Source: a virus
Length of the DNA stretch: 64,000 nt
Reading direction: 5' to 3' (one strand)
IMG/VR virus record: IMGVR_UViG_3300045988_042432
Position 1 is the first letter of the stretch; each line of letters begins with the position of its first letter. The position numbers were made by a program, and so were the translations under genes. This document shows positions 54,773-62,941 of the stretch, in pieces. A model generated the notes under the pieces. That model saw only the letters and a program-made list of their open reading frames with translations. It made no database searches and was not told where the DNA came from.

Positions 54773-56734
54773 ATGGAAATGACATCATTAATTATCGTTG
54801 GTGTAGTTGTACTAGTTGCAATCATCACTATCATTGGGATTCTATCCCGCTACCGTAAATGTAAATCTGACGAATTGTTGGTAGTTTATGGTAAAACAGG
54901 CTCTCACAAAGAGAAAGTTAGCGAACGCGACGCTAAAGGTAATCTGGTTGACAGAGAAGTTGAAATTAAAACTGCCAAAGTTTATCATGGTGGTGCAGCT
55001 TTTGTATGGCCGATTATACAGGGTTATGAAGTAATGTCAATGCAGCCGATTCAATTGAATCTTGTATTGAAGAATGCTTTGTCAGCTCAAAATATTCGTG
55101 TAACTATCCCTACCACTGTAACTGTTGCTATTAGCCAAGAACCGCTGATTATGCAGAATGCTGCTAATCGCTTACTAGGTGCTGATGATGACGTTAAAGA
55201 AAGTTTGATTTCAGATATTGTTTATGGTCAGATGAGGCTTGTTATTGCTTCGATGACTATTGAAGAGCTTAACTCTGACAGAGACAAGTTCCTAGCTCAA
55301 GCTAGAGACAATATCAATACAGAATTGAACAAACTTGGTCTTTATCTGATGAATATCAATATCAGTGACATTCAAGATGCTGCTCAATATATTGATAATC
55401 TTGGTAAGAAAGAAGAGACTAAAGCAAGAGCGCAATCACAAGCTGATATCGCAGAAGAAGAGAAGAAAGGAGCAATCCAGATAGCTCAAACTACGAGAGA
55501 GAAGGAGATTGCAATTGCAGCAGCTACTAAGGAGCAAGAAACTATAGTGGCTGAAACTAACAGGGAGAAAGAAGTTGCTATTGCTAAGACCACTAAAGAG
55601 AAAGAAACTCAATTGGCCGAGCAGCATAAGGAGCAGCAAATTGCTGTTGCAGAGCAAAGAAAGGAACGTGAAATTGGTGTGGCTACAGCCCAAACTGAAG
55701 AAGCATCCAAAGTTGCCGAGCAAGAAGCATTAAGAGCTGCTAAGATTGCAGAGCAGCAAGCTTATGCAACTGCTAAAGAAGCAGAATTTACTGCCAAAGC
55801 TGAAGCCGCTAAGGCAGAAGCAGAAGCAGAGAAGGAAGTTCGTATGGCAGTAGCAGCACAAAACCAAGAAGCTGAAACTGTTAAAGCACAACAGGAAAAG
55901 GAAGCTAAAACTGCACAGTATGAATCAGAAGCCCGTCAAAAGGCAGCTGAAGCAGAGAAAGCAGCAGGAGTAGCTGAACAGAAAGCTACTATTGAAGTTT
56001 CCAAAGCTAAGGGAGAAGCAGAGAAAGCTAAAGCTGAAGCAGAAAGAGTAGCTGGTACTTCTAAAGTTGAAGCTCAAATGGCAGTTGCTAAAACAGAGCA
56101 AGAACGTCAGGTGGAAGTTAACGAAGCTAAAGCTAAAGCTGAAGAAGCTAAGCTTAAAGCTGAAGTAATTATACCTGCCGAGAAAGCCAAAGAGAAAGCT
56201 AAAATTGAAGCAGAAGCTGTTAAGAGTGTAGCCATTCTTGAAGCAGAAGCGGAAGCAGCTAAAATCTTGAAAGCAGCAGAAGCTAAAGCAAATGCTACTA
56301 AGATGCAACTGGAAGCAGAAGCTGAAGGTACCAAGAAGAAACTTCTTGCTGAAGCTGAAGGTAAGAAAGCATCTTTAATGGCAGAAGCTGAACAGAAACA
56401 GGCAATGGAAATGGCTCCGGCTCTTGCAGTTGAACATATGATTAAATCAGGTATGCATCCTGAAGCAATCGTTCAATATGCAATGACCGACAGGTGGAAA
56501 GAAGTTGCTGAAGCCAACGCTAAGGTGTTTGAACATATCCAGCTTGGTAATGTTACTGTGTATGGTGATTCCAATACTGCTGGGCAGTTCATGGCTAATA
56601 TGGCTAAGAATCTTGCTCCTAGCTTGGAAATTGCTCGCAATTTGCCCATTGCAGATTCGCTTAAGCAAATAATCACTGGCAAGAAGCCGGAAGAATCACC
56701 AGCTAAAGGTGATGAATTTCCTCCTGTAAAGTAA
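54773..56734 (+). CDS. flotillin-like SPFH/band-7 protein
   Basis: 653-aa ORF with an N-terminal TM helix, an SPFH-like segment (VYHGGAAFVWPIIQGYEVMSMQPIQL...TIEELNSDRDKF) and about 250 aa of Ala/Glu/Lys coiled coil. Confidence 0.7.
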   Translation: MEMTSLIIVGVVVLVAIITIIGILSRYRKCKSDELLVVYGKTGSHKEKVSERDAKGNLVDREVEIKTAKVYHGGAAFVWPIIQGYEVMSMQPIQLNLVLKNALSAQNIRVTIPTTVTVAISQEPLIMQNAANRLLGADDDVKESLISDIVYGQMRLVIASMTIEELNSDRDKFLAQARDNINTELNKLGLYLMNINISDIQDAAQYIDNLGKKEETKARAQSQADIAEEEKKGAIQIAQTTREKEIAIAAATKEQETIVAETNREKEVAIAKTTKEKETQLAEQHKEQQIAVAEQRKEREIGVATAQTEEASKVAEQEALRAAKIAEQQAYATAKEAEFTAKAEAAKAEAEAEKEVRMAVAAQNQEAETVKAQQEKEAKTAQYESEARQKAAEAEKAAGVAEQKATIEVSKAKGEAEKAKAEAERVAGTSKVEAQMAVAKTEQERQVEVNEAKAKAEEAKLKAEVIIPAEKAKEKAKIEAEAVKSVAILEAEAEAAKILKAAEAKANATKMQLEAEAEGTKKKLLAEAEGKKASLMAEAEQKQAMEMAPALAVEHMIKSGMHPEAIVQYAMTDRWKEVAEANAKVFEHIQLGNVTVYGDSNTAGQFMANMAKNLAPSLEIARNLPIADSLKQIITGKKPEESPAKGDEFPPVK

Positions 56735-56755
56735 TCCTTTTACAGTGAATTTCTA

Positions 56756-56814
56756 AGAAGACTTACAGCACTAAGGTAATCATAAGCGATTGATATAGCA
56801 TAAATAAGTCTTCT
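56756..56814 (+). repeat. H-hairpin copy 5
   Basis: Stem AGAAGACTTA/TAAGTCTTCT, CAGCAC after the 5' arm; 7 nt before tRNA-Ser. Confidence 0.7.
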
Positions 56815-56821
56815 GTGGATT

Positions 56822-56909
56822 GGAGAGTTGGGTGAGTGGCTTAAACCAGTCCCCTGCTAAGGGACCGAACCTCAAAAGGGTTCCGCTGGTTCGAATCCAG
56901 CACTCTCCG
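56822..56909 (+). tRNA. tRNA-Ser (GCT)
   Basis: Acceptor GGAGAGT/ACTCTCC, anticodon arm GTCCC-CTGCTAA-GGGAC, long variable arm, G73. Confidence 0.85.
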
Positions 56910-56961
56910 CGCTGGCTAATAAGAGTTTGCGAAAATCATTATTAACCTAATTATTAGAATT

Positions 56962-57249
56962 ATGGTGAAGGTATTAAATTCAAGAGAATTGAGGAGTATA
57001 GATTTAAAATCTATTCCTGATGCAGTTATCTTAGCTTTTAATACTTTAATAGTTAAGAACTGGAGTGGTAAAGCTTCTGAATTTAAGCAATCAGATGTAA
57101 TAGCCTATGTAGCATCTGAAGGTTTAACCGAAGAAGAGGTAATTAAGAACCATTGGTTAGATGTAGAACCTCTATATCGAGAGAATGGTTTTGATGTGAA
57201 GTATGTAAGATGTCCAGAAGGCAATAAGTTTGTATTCTGGAAAGCTTAA
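56962..57249 (+). CDS. hypothetical protein
   Basis: 95-aa ORF. Confidence 0.6.
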   Translation: MVKVLNSRELRSIDLKSIPDAVILAFNTLIVKNWSGKASEFKQSDVIAYVASEGLTEEEVIKNHWLDVEPLYRENGFDVKYVRCPEGNKFVFWKA

Positions 57250-57257
57250 TAAGGTAT

Positions 57258-57330
57258 ACTGGATTCGACTAGTGGTTTAGGTCGACGCACTTTCGATGCG
57301 TAAACAGGGGTTCGAATCCCCTATCCAGTG
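57258..57330 (+). tRNA. tRNA-Glu (TTC)
   Basis: Acceptor ACTGGAT/ATCCAGT, anticodon arm ACGCA-CTTTCGA-TGCGT. Confidence 0.8.
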
Positions 57331-57359
57331 CATTAGTAATGAATTAATAATTACAGCTT

Positions 57360-58253
57360 ATGAAAGAATGTAACAAAGTATTCTTTGGCGAGAAGGGATT
57401 AACCCAAACTTCTGCCAATCACCTGGCTAATATAGCTAAGGAGACAGTGGAATCTAATAGACAAGCTTTAGATTCTGTAGGGTTTGTGAATGTCAATATT
57501 AGCTTGTTAAGTGGAGGTAACTCCAGGACTGTAAAGACAGGTAGAAATGAGGCATATCTTGATAATGTACCTACATTACTTCAAGAAGTTGCTAATATGA
57601 ATGCCTTCTGCGCATGGATTCGTGAAGCTATTAAGGCTAGAGAAGAAGAACTTGAAATTATTAACAGGTACACTTGGGATGTATATGCTACAGATGTAGC
57701 TGGATTCAAGTTGGACACCCCGATTAAGGGTCATATCCTTACCGAAGAGGAAGCAATTGCTTCATTGAGCATTGCAGAACGTATGGAATATTATAGACTA
57801 GAAGCAGAAGCATCTGCTATTGGTAAGTATATTCATCCAATGCGTCCGTTTGCAAACGCCCGTAGAGCTTTAATGGATGCCTATACTAATCCTACTAAGG
57901 TTGAAGGTTCTGGCACTGACACAATCGTGTACTCGTATGACCCGTCTGTTAGTAGTGATAAGGTAGAGAATACATTCTTTGCATTGCAGCAGAAACACAG
58001 AGACATATCAGCTAGACTTAATAAGATTAAGTTCAAAATTGATAAAATGGTAAAGGATTCTGAATATGAAGTCAATCAGGCTTATAAACAAGCTGTTGAT
58101 AGATTCAATTTGGATGCCAAAACCCTGTCTCAACAATGTGAAACTTGGAAAGTTGAAGAACGTAAGAAACTATTGGAACTTAAGATAGTAATTCCTAATG
58201 AGTTACAAGCAACTTATGAGTTACTAACTAAGATTTCCAATCCAGATAAATAG
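57360..58253 (+). CDS. hypothetical protein
   Basis: 297-aa ORF; ends in TAG. Confidence 0.65.
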   Translation: MKECNKVFFGEKGLTQTSANHLANIAKETVESNRQALDSVGFVNVNISLLSGGNSRTVKTGRNEAYLDNVPTLLQEVANMNAFCAWIREAIKAREEELEIINRYTWDVYATDVAGFKLDTPIKGHILTEEEAIASLSIAERMEYYRLEAEASAIGKYIHPMRPFANARRALMDAYTNPTKVEGSGTDTIVYSYDPSVSSDKVENTFFALQQKHRDISARLNKIKFKIDKMVKDSEYEVNQAYKQAVDRFNLDAKTLSQQCETWKVEERKKLLELKIVIPNELQATYELLTKISNPDK

Positions 58254-58295
58254 GTGCTATAGTCTTGAATCTCATTGGATTCTAACATAGCTTTG

Positions 58296-58524
58296 CGTGA
58301 GTAGTATGAATTGCATCAAAGACTCTAGTCGATGCATTGTCGACAAATTAATCGTGTTCTGTATTCCATACAGGGACGATTTCCAGCATAATTAAGTATT
58401 ATTAATTCAAACCCTGTCAGTCTATTGCGAAGTTACAAAATTCCTTTGACTTTGCCCTAGATAGCAATAGGCTGGTCTTTGACTTTAATCTTAATTTTGT
58501 CATAGTTGCAATTAACTACTCACG
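58296..58524 (+). ncRNA. unassigned structured RNA (about 230 nt) closed by nested long-range helices
   Basis: CGTGAGTAGT (58296-58305) pairs with ACTACTCACG (58515-58524). AATTGCA pairs with TGCAATT. TCAAAGAC (58316-58323) pairs with GTCTTTGA (58475-58482). There are several internal hairpins and no ORF. Confidence 0.45.
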
Positions 58525-58536
58525 ACTATTTAACAC

Positions 58537-58609
58537 GCAGCTATCTACTAACTGGTTAGGTAATATGCCTCTCAAGCATAAAATACGGGTTCGAGTCCCG
58601 TTAGCTGTA
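58537..58609 (+). tRNA. tRNA-Glu (CTC)
   Basis: Acceptor GCAGCTA/TAGCTGT, anticodon arm TATGC-CTCTCAA-GCATA. Confidence 0.8.
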
Positions 58610-58913
58610 CCTCGTACATAATCCTTCCAATCAGGTAACTGGTTAGGCAATAATAATCATGTACACTCTAAGGCGACGTAAGGGATAGGAGCTTAGACGG
58701 TAGCTAGCGCTGTAGTACGCAATGGTGGGATAGAAACGGCTAGCACCCACTTTTTATGAATTGCCATGTCCCATTTGGCACATCTGAATAGTAATTGTGG
58801 GTTGGACACACGATTACAGTAAGAGAATAACTCAGCTAGCGGGAAGGGACAATATCTGAATAACTGATTGCCAGTCCAAGCATAGGTTTTGAGGGTAGGT
58901 TAAGCAAGCTTCA

Positions 58914-58986
58914 TGGTGCATTCGTTCAGTGATTAGGATGCCTCACTGTCTATGAGGAGACCACGGGTTTGAATCCCGTATGCACC
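58914..58986 (+). tRNA. tRNA-Asp (GTC)
   Basis: Acceptor GGTGCAT/ATGCACC, anticodon arm CCTCA-CTGTCTA-TGAGG. Confidence 0.8.
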
Positions 58987-59004
58987 GCTTTCTTTGATTT
59001 ACAA

Positions 59005-59037
59005 AGGAGATGTCAGCACACTTGGTAACATCGTCTC
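59005..59037 (+). repeat. H-hairpin copy 6 (shorter)
   Basis: Stem GGAGATG/CGTCTCC, TCAGCAC after the 5' arm; 8 nt before the next tRNA. Confidence 0.55.
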
Positions 59038-59045
59038 CTGTTTAT

Positions 59046-59128
59046 GCCGACTTCGCATAGTGGTTGATTGCACGTGACTTGTAATCACGAGAGGAAACTC
59101 CACGTCAGTTCGAATCTGACAGTCGGCT
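59046..59128 (+). tRNA. long-variable-arm (type II) tRNA with TGT (Thr) anticodon
   Basis: GCCGACT-TC-GCA-TAGTGGTTGAT-TGC-A-CGTGA-CTTGTAA-TCACG-[AGAGGAAACTCCAC]-GTCAG-TTCGAAT-CTGAC-AGTCGGC-T. Confidence 0.7.
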
Positions 59129-59215
59129 CGATTGTAATCCTAGATGATTACAGTTAGATTATAAATTACCACACAGAGATGCTTATTGAATTTAACATGT
59201 TAAATGTAAGTGTAA

Positions 59216-59596
59216 ATGAGCAGTTTTAAAGAGAAATTAAGTAAGAGTGGACAAAGTGTACTTGATGCAAGAGCGCAGAATCTGTATGAATTGGCTAAAA
59301 TCGAGGAAGACAGATTTGTTCAGGATTGTAAGTTGAAAGTACTCCGCATTCAGGGAGAAATCAACAAACACAATGACCTGGCTGTTAAATCAAGAGACTC
59401 TTTGAATCCGGGAGAAGGACTGAATCCGGCTGAATGGGTAAGAACAAGACATGAATTGGCACGTAAACTGCGTGTTGCAAAGATTGAACTTGCTCTAGCT
59501 ATGCAAGTCGATGCAGAAGAATTTCCCGCTGATGCATCAGAATCCATTAATTTGGATGACGTGAAAGATGACGCTGCTGCAACTGTAAATGAATAA
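59216..59596 (+). CDS. hypothetical coiled-coil protein
   Basis: 126-aa ORF. Confidence 0.6.
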   Translation: MSSFKEKLSKSGQSVLDARAQNLYELAKIEEDRFVQDCKLKVLRIQGEINKHNDLAVKSRDSLNPGEGLNPAEWVRTRHELARKLRVAKIELALAMQVDAEEFPADASESINLDDVKDDAAATVNE

Positions 59597-59599
59597 TTT

Positions 59600-60532
59600 A
59601 TGGGAGCAGGTAGTTATTCTAGAATTGCTTATGATGTAGAGGCCGGCAGTAGGGGTTTATATACCTCCACTAGGGATGAACTCTTTAAGAGCCATGCCAT
59701 TAATGCATGTAATACTGCTGCATCGCTTAACAACAATGTTAGGCAGTATAACACGCAGATAAGGCAAGAAATGGTTAACGTGGGTGTTCGTGAATCTCGT
59801 GATTCTAAAGAACATCCTTTCTCTACTCCGATAATCATTGCGCTAGACGTTACTGGTTCAATGATGGACACACCTTATGAAATGATTAGAGACCAATTCC
59901 CTAAGATTATGGACTCTCTCATTCAACTAGGTGTGCGTGACCCACAAATCATGTTTATGGCAGTTGGGGACCACGTTTATGACCGATATCCAATTCAAAT
60001 TGGTCAGTTTGAGTCTGATACAGCTAAAATCCTTGACACTTTACAGTCATTCGTGATTGAAGGTGGAGGAGGAGGTAATAGAGGTGAAAGCTATCTACTA
60101 TCTCACATCGTAGCGGGTTATCATACTGAAACTGATTCCTGGTTTGAAAGACACACTAAGGGATTCTTATTTACTATTGGAGATGAACCAAATCTCGATA
60201 AGGTAGAGGGATGTTACTTAGAACGTGTTCTAGGGTATCAAAAAGGTGCTAAAACCATTACTTGTCAAGAAGCTCTTGACAAAGCAAAGGAACAGTACCA
60301 TGTATTCCACATTCACATTACTAATGCCAGTCATGGCTCAAGGGTTGCTGAATCTTGGAAGACTTTACTTGGACAGAATGTATTGACATGTACATCTGGA
60401 GAAGTAGACAAGGTGATTGTCACCGCAATTAAAGAGAACTATGAGGAGCCTGTTGAAGGCTTAGCTCCTAGTGCTTCTGTTAGTCAGGAATGGCAAGATG
60501 TGCCGTCTGATAGTAATGACAAATTTTATTAA
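59600..60532 (+). CDS. von Willebrand factor A (vWA) domain protein
   Basis: 310-aa ORF with MIDAS-type IIIALDVTGSM, then GGGGGNRGES and FTIGDEPN. Confidence 0.7.
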   Translation: MGAGSYSRIAYDVEAGSRGLYTSTRDELFKSHAINACNTAASLNNNVRQYNTQIRQEMVNVGVRESRDSKEHPFSTPIIIALDVTGSMMDTPYEMIRDQFPKIMDSLIQLGVRDPQIMFMAVGDHVYDRYPIQIGQFESDTAKILDTLQSFVIEGGGGGNRGESYLLSHIVAGYHTETDSWFERHTKGFLFTIGDEPNLDKVEGCYLERVLGYQKGAKTITCQEALDKAKEQYHVFHIHITNASHGSRVAESWKTLLGQNVLTCTSGEVDKVIVTAIKENYEEPVEGLAPSASVSQEWQDVPSDSNDKFY

Positions 60533-60566
60533 ACTGAAATGATTAGTATTGTATTAGGAACAGTAC

Positions 60567-61316
60567 ATGGGTAAGAAATTGACCGAGGAGGAAGTAATAT
60601 CTAGGTTTAGAGATGTTCATGGAGACAAATACGACTATAGTAAAGTCGTCTATGTAGATATGAACTCTAAAGTAACCATTATATGTCCGGAGCATGGAGA
60701 GTTTGAACAAACTCCCGCCAAACATATTAATAGGAAGCATGGATGCCCTAAATGCAAGGGTACTAAACTAAGAAACCACTTCTCTTCTACTACCGAAGAA
60801 TTTGTAAGGAAGGCTGTTAGCAAACATGGCGACAGATATAACTACTCTAAAGTAGAGTATGTTAATTCTAGAACTAAGGTTTGTATCATGTGCAAAAAGC
60901 ACGGGGAATTTTACGTAACTCCAGATAACCATCTGAAAGGACGTGGATGTCCTAGATGCAAACAGTCTCGTGGAGAGAACATGATTGAAGCATGGTTACA
61001 ACGAAGTAATATTCGTTATGAACGACAATTCGTATTGATTAACCAGGAGATAGACAGGCCCTCACATAGATTAGTTATTGATTTCTTTGTAAAGCATAAA
61101 GGACGTCAGTATTTCATAGAGTACGATGGGGAACAGCACTTCAGCCCAACCTATAGATTCTATGATAGCATGGCTGATTTCCAAATGCAACAACACAGGG
61201 ACCAGCTACTTAATGATTTCTGTGATAGACATAAGGATGCAGTTACCTTGATAAGGGTGAATTGTAGACAATGTGAAGCAGAGATAACTCATACATTAAG
61301 TAGCACAATAGCATAA
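60567..61316 (+). CDS. putative homing endonuclease (Vsr/PD-(D/E)xK-like nuclease with duplicated zinc-ribbon modules)
   Basis: Two repeats of GD(K/R)Y(D/N)YSKV.Y......KV.I.C..HGEF...P..H...GCP(K/R)C, then VIDFFV...IEYDGEQHF. Confidence 0.6.
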   Translation: MGKKLTEEEVISRFRDVHGDKYDYSKVVYVDMNSKVTIICPEHGEFEQTPAKHINRKHGCPKCKGTKLRNHFSSTTEEFVRKAVSKHGDRYNYSKVEYVNSRTKVCIMCKKHGEFYVTPDNHLKGRGCPRCKQSRGENMIEAWLQRSNIRYERQFVLINQEIDRPSHRLVIDFFVKHKGRQYFIEYDGEQHFSPTYRFYDSMADFQMQQHRDQLLNDFCDRHKDAVTLIRVNCRQCEAEITHTLSSTIA

Positions 61317-61320
61317 TTTT

Positions 61321-62388
61321 ATGATAAATATAGTTTTAGGTAGTTTCTTCGGCGATTGCGGTAAGGGACAGACAGTTCACAACTTATGTAACAAGTACAT
61401 AGGTAAGCGAGAGTCTGTGTTAGTAGTCAGGTTTAGTGGTGGACATCAAGTAGGACATACTGTAAAGCATGGAGACATGATGCACACCTTTAGTAACTTT
61501 GGCAGCGGAACCTTACTTGGAGTGCCGACGTACTGGTCCGAATACTGTACTGTAGACCCAATTACCTCTATGTTGGAGGGTGCAGACTTAGCTAAAATGG
61601 GAGTTCATCCCATTGTTCAGTATCACCCTCACTGCCAAGTTGTAATTCCCTTCGATGTCTATTCCCAAGTTAATAACGAAGAGAACTTACGACATGGTAC
61701 TGTAGGTACAGGGTTTAAAGCTTGTTTGGACCGAGTTAAGGCAGGATACAGCTTAACAGTTGTAGATTGTATGAATCCTTACATACTGCGTGAGAAACTA
61801 AATGCCATAGTGGATAACTATTACAACATGTCTAGTAAATATCCTTCGATAGACCTAGACAACTGGTGTAGGTTAGCACATGCTTATTTCTTACATACAG
61901 GTACGGTTAATGAAGATTGCTTGTTGAATTATGATAACCTAGTGTTTGAAGGTTCACAGGGAATATTGCTTGACCAAAGATTCGGCATAATGCCTTATTG
62001 TACTCCGTCTAATACAACTTCACAAAACGCTTACGAGCTGTTGCGGAAAGCAGGTATACGTAAAGAAATCCAAACTTGTTATGTAACTCGTCCTTATATA
62101 ACAAGGCATGGTAACGGCCCGTTTCCTTCTGGAATGTCTGTTAGGGATGTCGATGACCCTAATAATAAGTTCAACGATTTCCAGAAGACGCTTAGGGCTA
62201 TTGATTTCGACAAAGACCTATTCGCACACAGTGTACGCATTAACCGTTCATTTAAGGTTCCTTATAGGAATGAACGAACGGAGAAATTGTACGTATCACA
62301 TTGGGATGAAGCATCTGACGCAGAGCGAGAAATGCTAGCAAATTTATGGATGTCGATACAGCCCATGATATTCGATAAGTTAGTTTAG
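61321..62388 (+). CDS. short adenylosuccinate-synthetase (PurA)-family enzyme, PurZ-like
   Basis: 355-aa ORF with FFGDCGKG, VVRFSGGHQVGHTV, FEGSQGILLDQRFGIMPYCTPSNTT and YVTRPYITRHGNGPFP, which align to PurA landmarks. The GTP-specificity (S/T)KLD box and the C-terminal roughly 80 aa of PurA are missing. Confidence 0.7.
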   Translation: MINIVLGSFFGDCGKGQTVHNLCNKYIGKRESVLVVRFSGGHQVGHTVKHGDMMHTFSNFGSGTLLGVPTYWSEYCTVDPITSMLEGADLAKMGVHPIVQYHPHCQVVIPFDVYSQVNNEENLRHGTVGTGFKACLDRVKAGYSLTVVDCMNPYILREKLNAIVDNYYNMSSKYPSIDLDNWCRLAHAYFLHTGTVNEDCLLNYDNLVFEGSQGILLDQRFGIMPYCTPSNTTSQNAYELLRKAGIRKEIQTCYVTRPYITRHGNGPFPSGMSVRDVDDPNNKFNDFQKTLRAIDFDKDLFAHSVRINRSFKVPYRNERTEKLYVSHWDEASDAEREMLANLWMSIQPMIFDKLV

Positions 62389-62407
62389 GAGTCTTCGGAC
62401 TCCTTTT
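62388..62407 (+). terminator. UUCG-loop hairpin plus T-run
   Basis: GGAGTC-TTCG-GACTCC-TTTT. Confidence 0.5.
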
Positions 62408-62409
62408 AC

Positions 62410-62481
62410 TGGGCTATGGTGTAGTGGTAGTCACACAAGGTTTTGGCTCTTGTAGCCCAGGTTCGAATCCTGGTAGCCCAA
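62410..62481 (+). tRNA. tRNA-Gln (TTG), U1:A72
   Basis: Acceptor TGGGCTA/TAGCCCA, anticodon arm CAAGG-TTTTGGC-TCTTG. Confidence 0.8.
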
Positions 62482-62575
62482 CTACTAATTATTTCAGTTT
62501 AAAATAGAATTTATCATGAAGTCACTAACAACACTACTCTTTGAGAACTGTTAATTGTGAGCGGATATAAACATT

Positions 62576-62660
62576 CAGGGACGTATCCCCTCTGCCTTAT
62601 ACGCTGTTGAAAGGGTAATTGGTCACATGTGGGTTCAATCCCCACCGTCCCTACACAGTT
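62576..62660 (+). other. tRNA-like element (acceptor plus T arm only; no foldable anticodon arm)
   Basis: AGGGACG ... GTGGG-TTCAATC-CCCAC-CGTCCCT-A. I found no 5-bp/7-nt anticodon arm in the 43-nt core. Confidence 0.35.
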
Positions 62661-62674
62661 AATAGTTGAATCGA

Positions 62675-62938
62675 ATGAGTAAGGTAGTAGGTAGCATTGA
62701 CGGCTACGATGTCATTTATGTGGAAGGCAAGAATATGATATTCTGTAAGAATACTATATTACCCTTTCCACTCATTAAAAGAATTATCAGAGGAGGTTTG
62801 TGTAGGGAAACAATCGAAGAGAAGAACCTGACTATCACTCAAGACGGTTCTATTATTCAACTTGGTTGTTTAACTACAACAAGAGAGAATTGTGAGGCAA
62901 TCATTAAAGAAGTAAATAAGATTAATAAACCTAATTAA
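62675..62938 (+). CDS. hypothetical protein
   Basis: The track ORF starts at a TTG; first ATG at 62675. Confidence 0.55.
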   Translation: MSKVVGSIDGYDVIYVEGKNMIFCKNTILPFPLIKRIIRGGLCRETIEEKNLTITQDGSIIQLGCLTTTRENCEAIIKEVNKINKPN

Positions 62939-62941
62939 GTA

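Noticed and set aside
55436-56334. Minus-strand ORFs 55436..55723, 55925..56308 and 56107..56334
   Set aside because: They are antisense to the Ala/Glu/Lys repeat region of the flotillin-like gene. Low-complexity repeats keep antisense frames open.
58634-58652. TAACTGGTTAGGCAAT after tRNA-Glu(CTC), nearly identical to that tRNA's D-arm region (58547-58565)
   Set aside because: It is only a 16-18-nt partial duplication with no acceptor or T arm. I noted it as a likely recombination scar and did not call it as a feature.
62551-62565. Exact 15-nt match to the lac operator half (AATTGTGAGCGGATA) just upstream of the tRNA-like element
   Set aside because: It is a single half-site with no dyad partner and no LacI-family gene nearby. 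This is most likely coincidence, and there are no other vector-like sequences.
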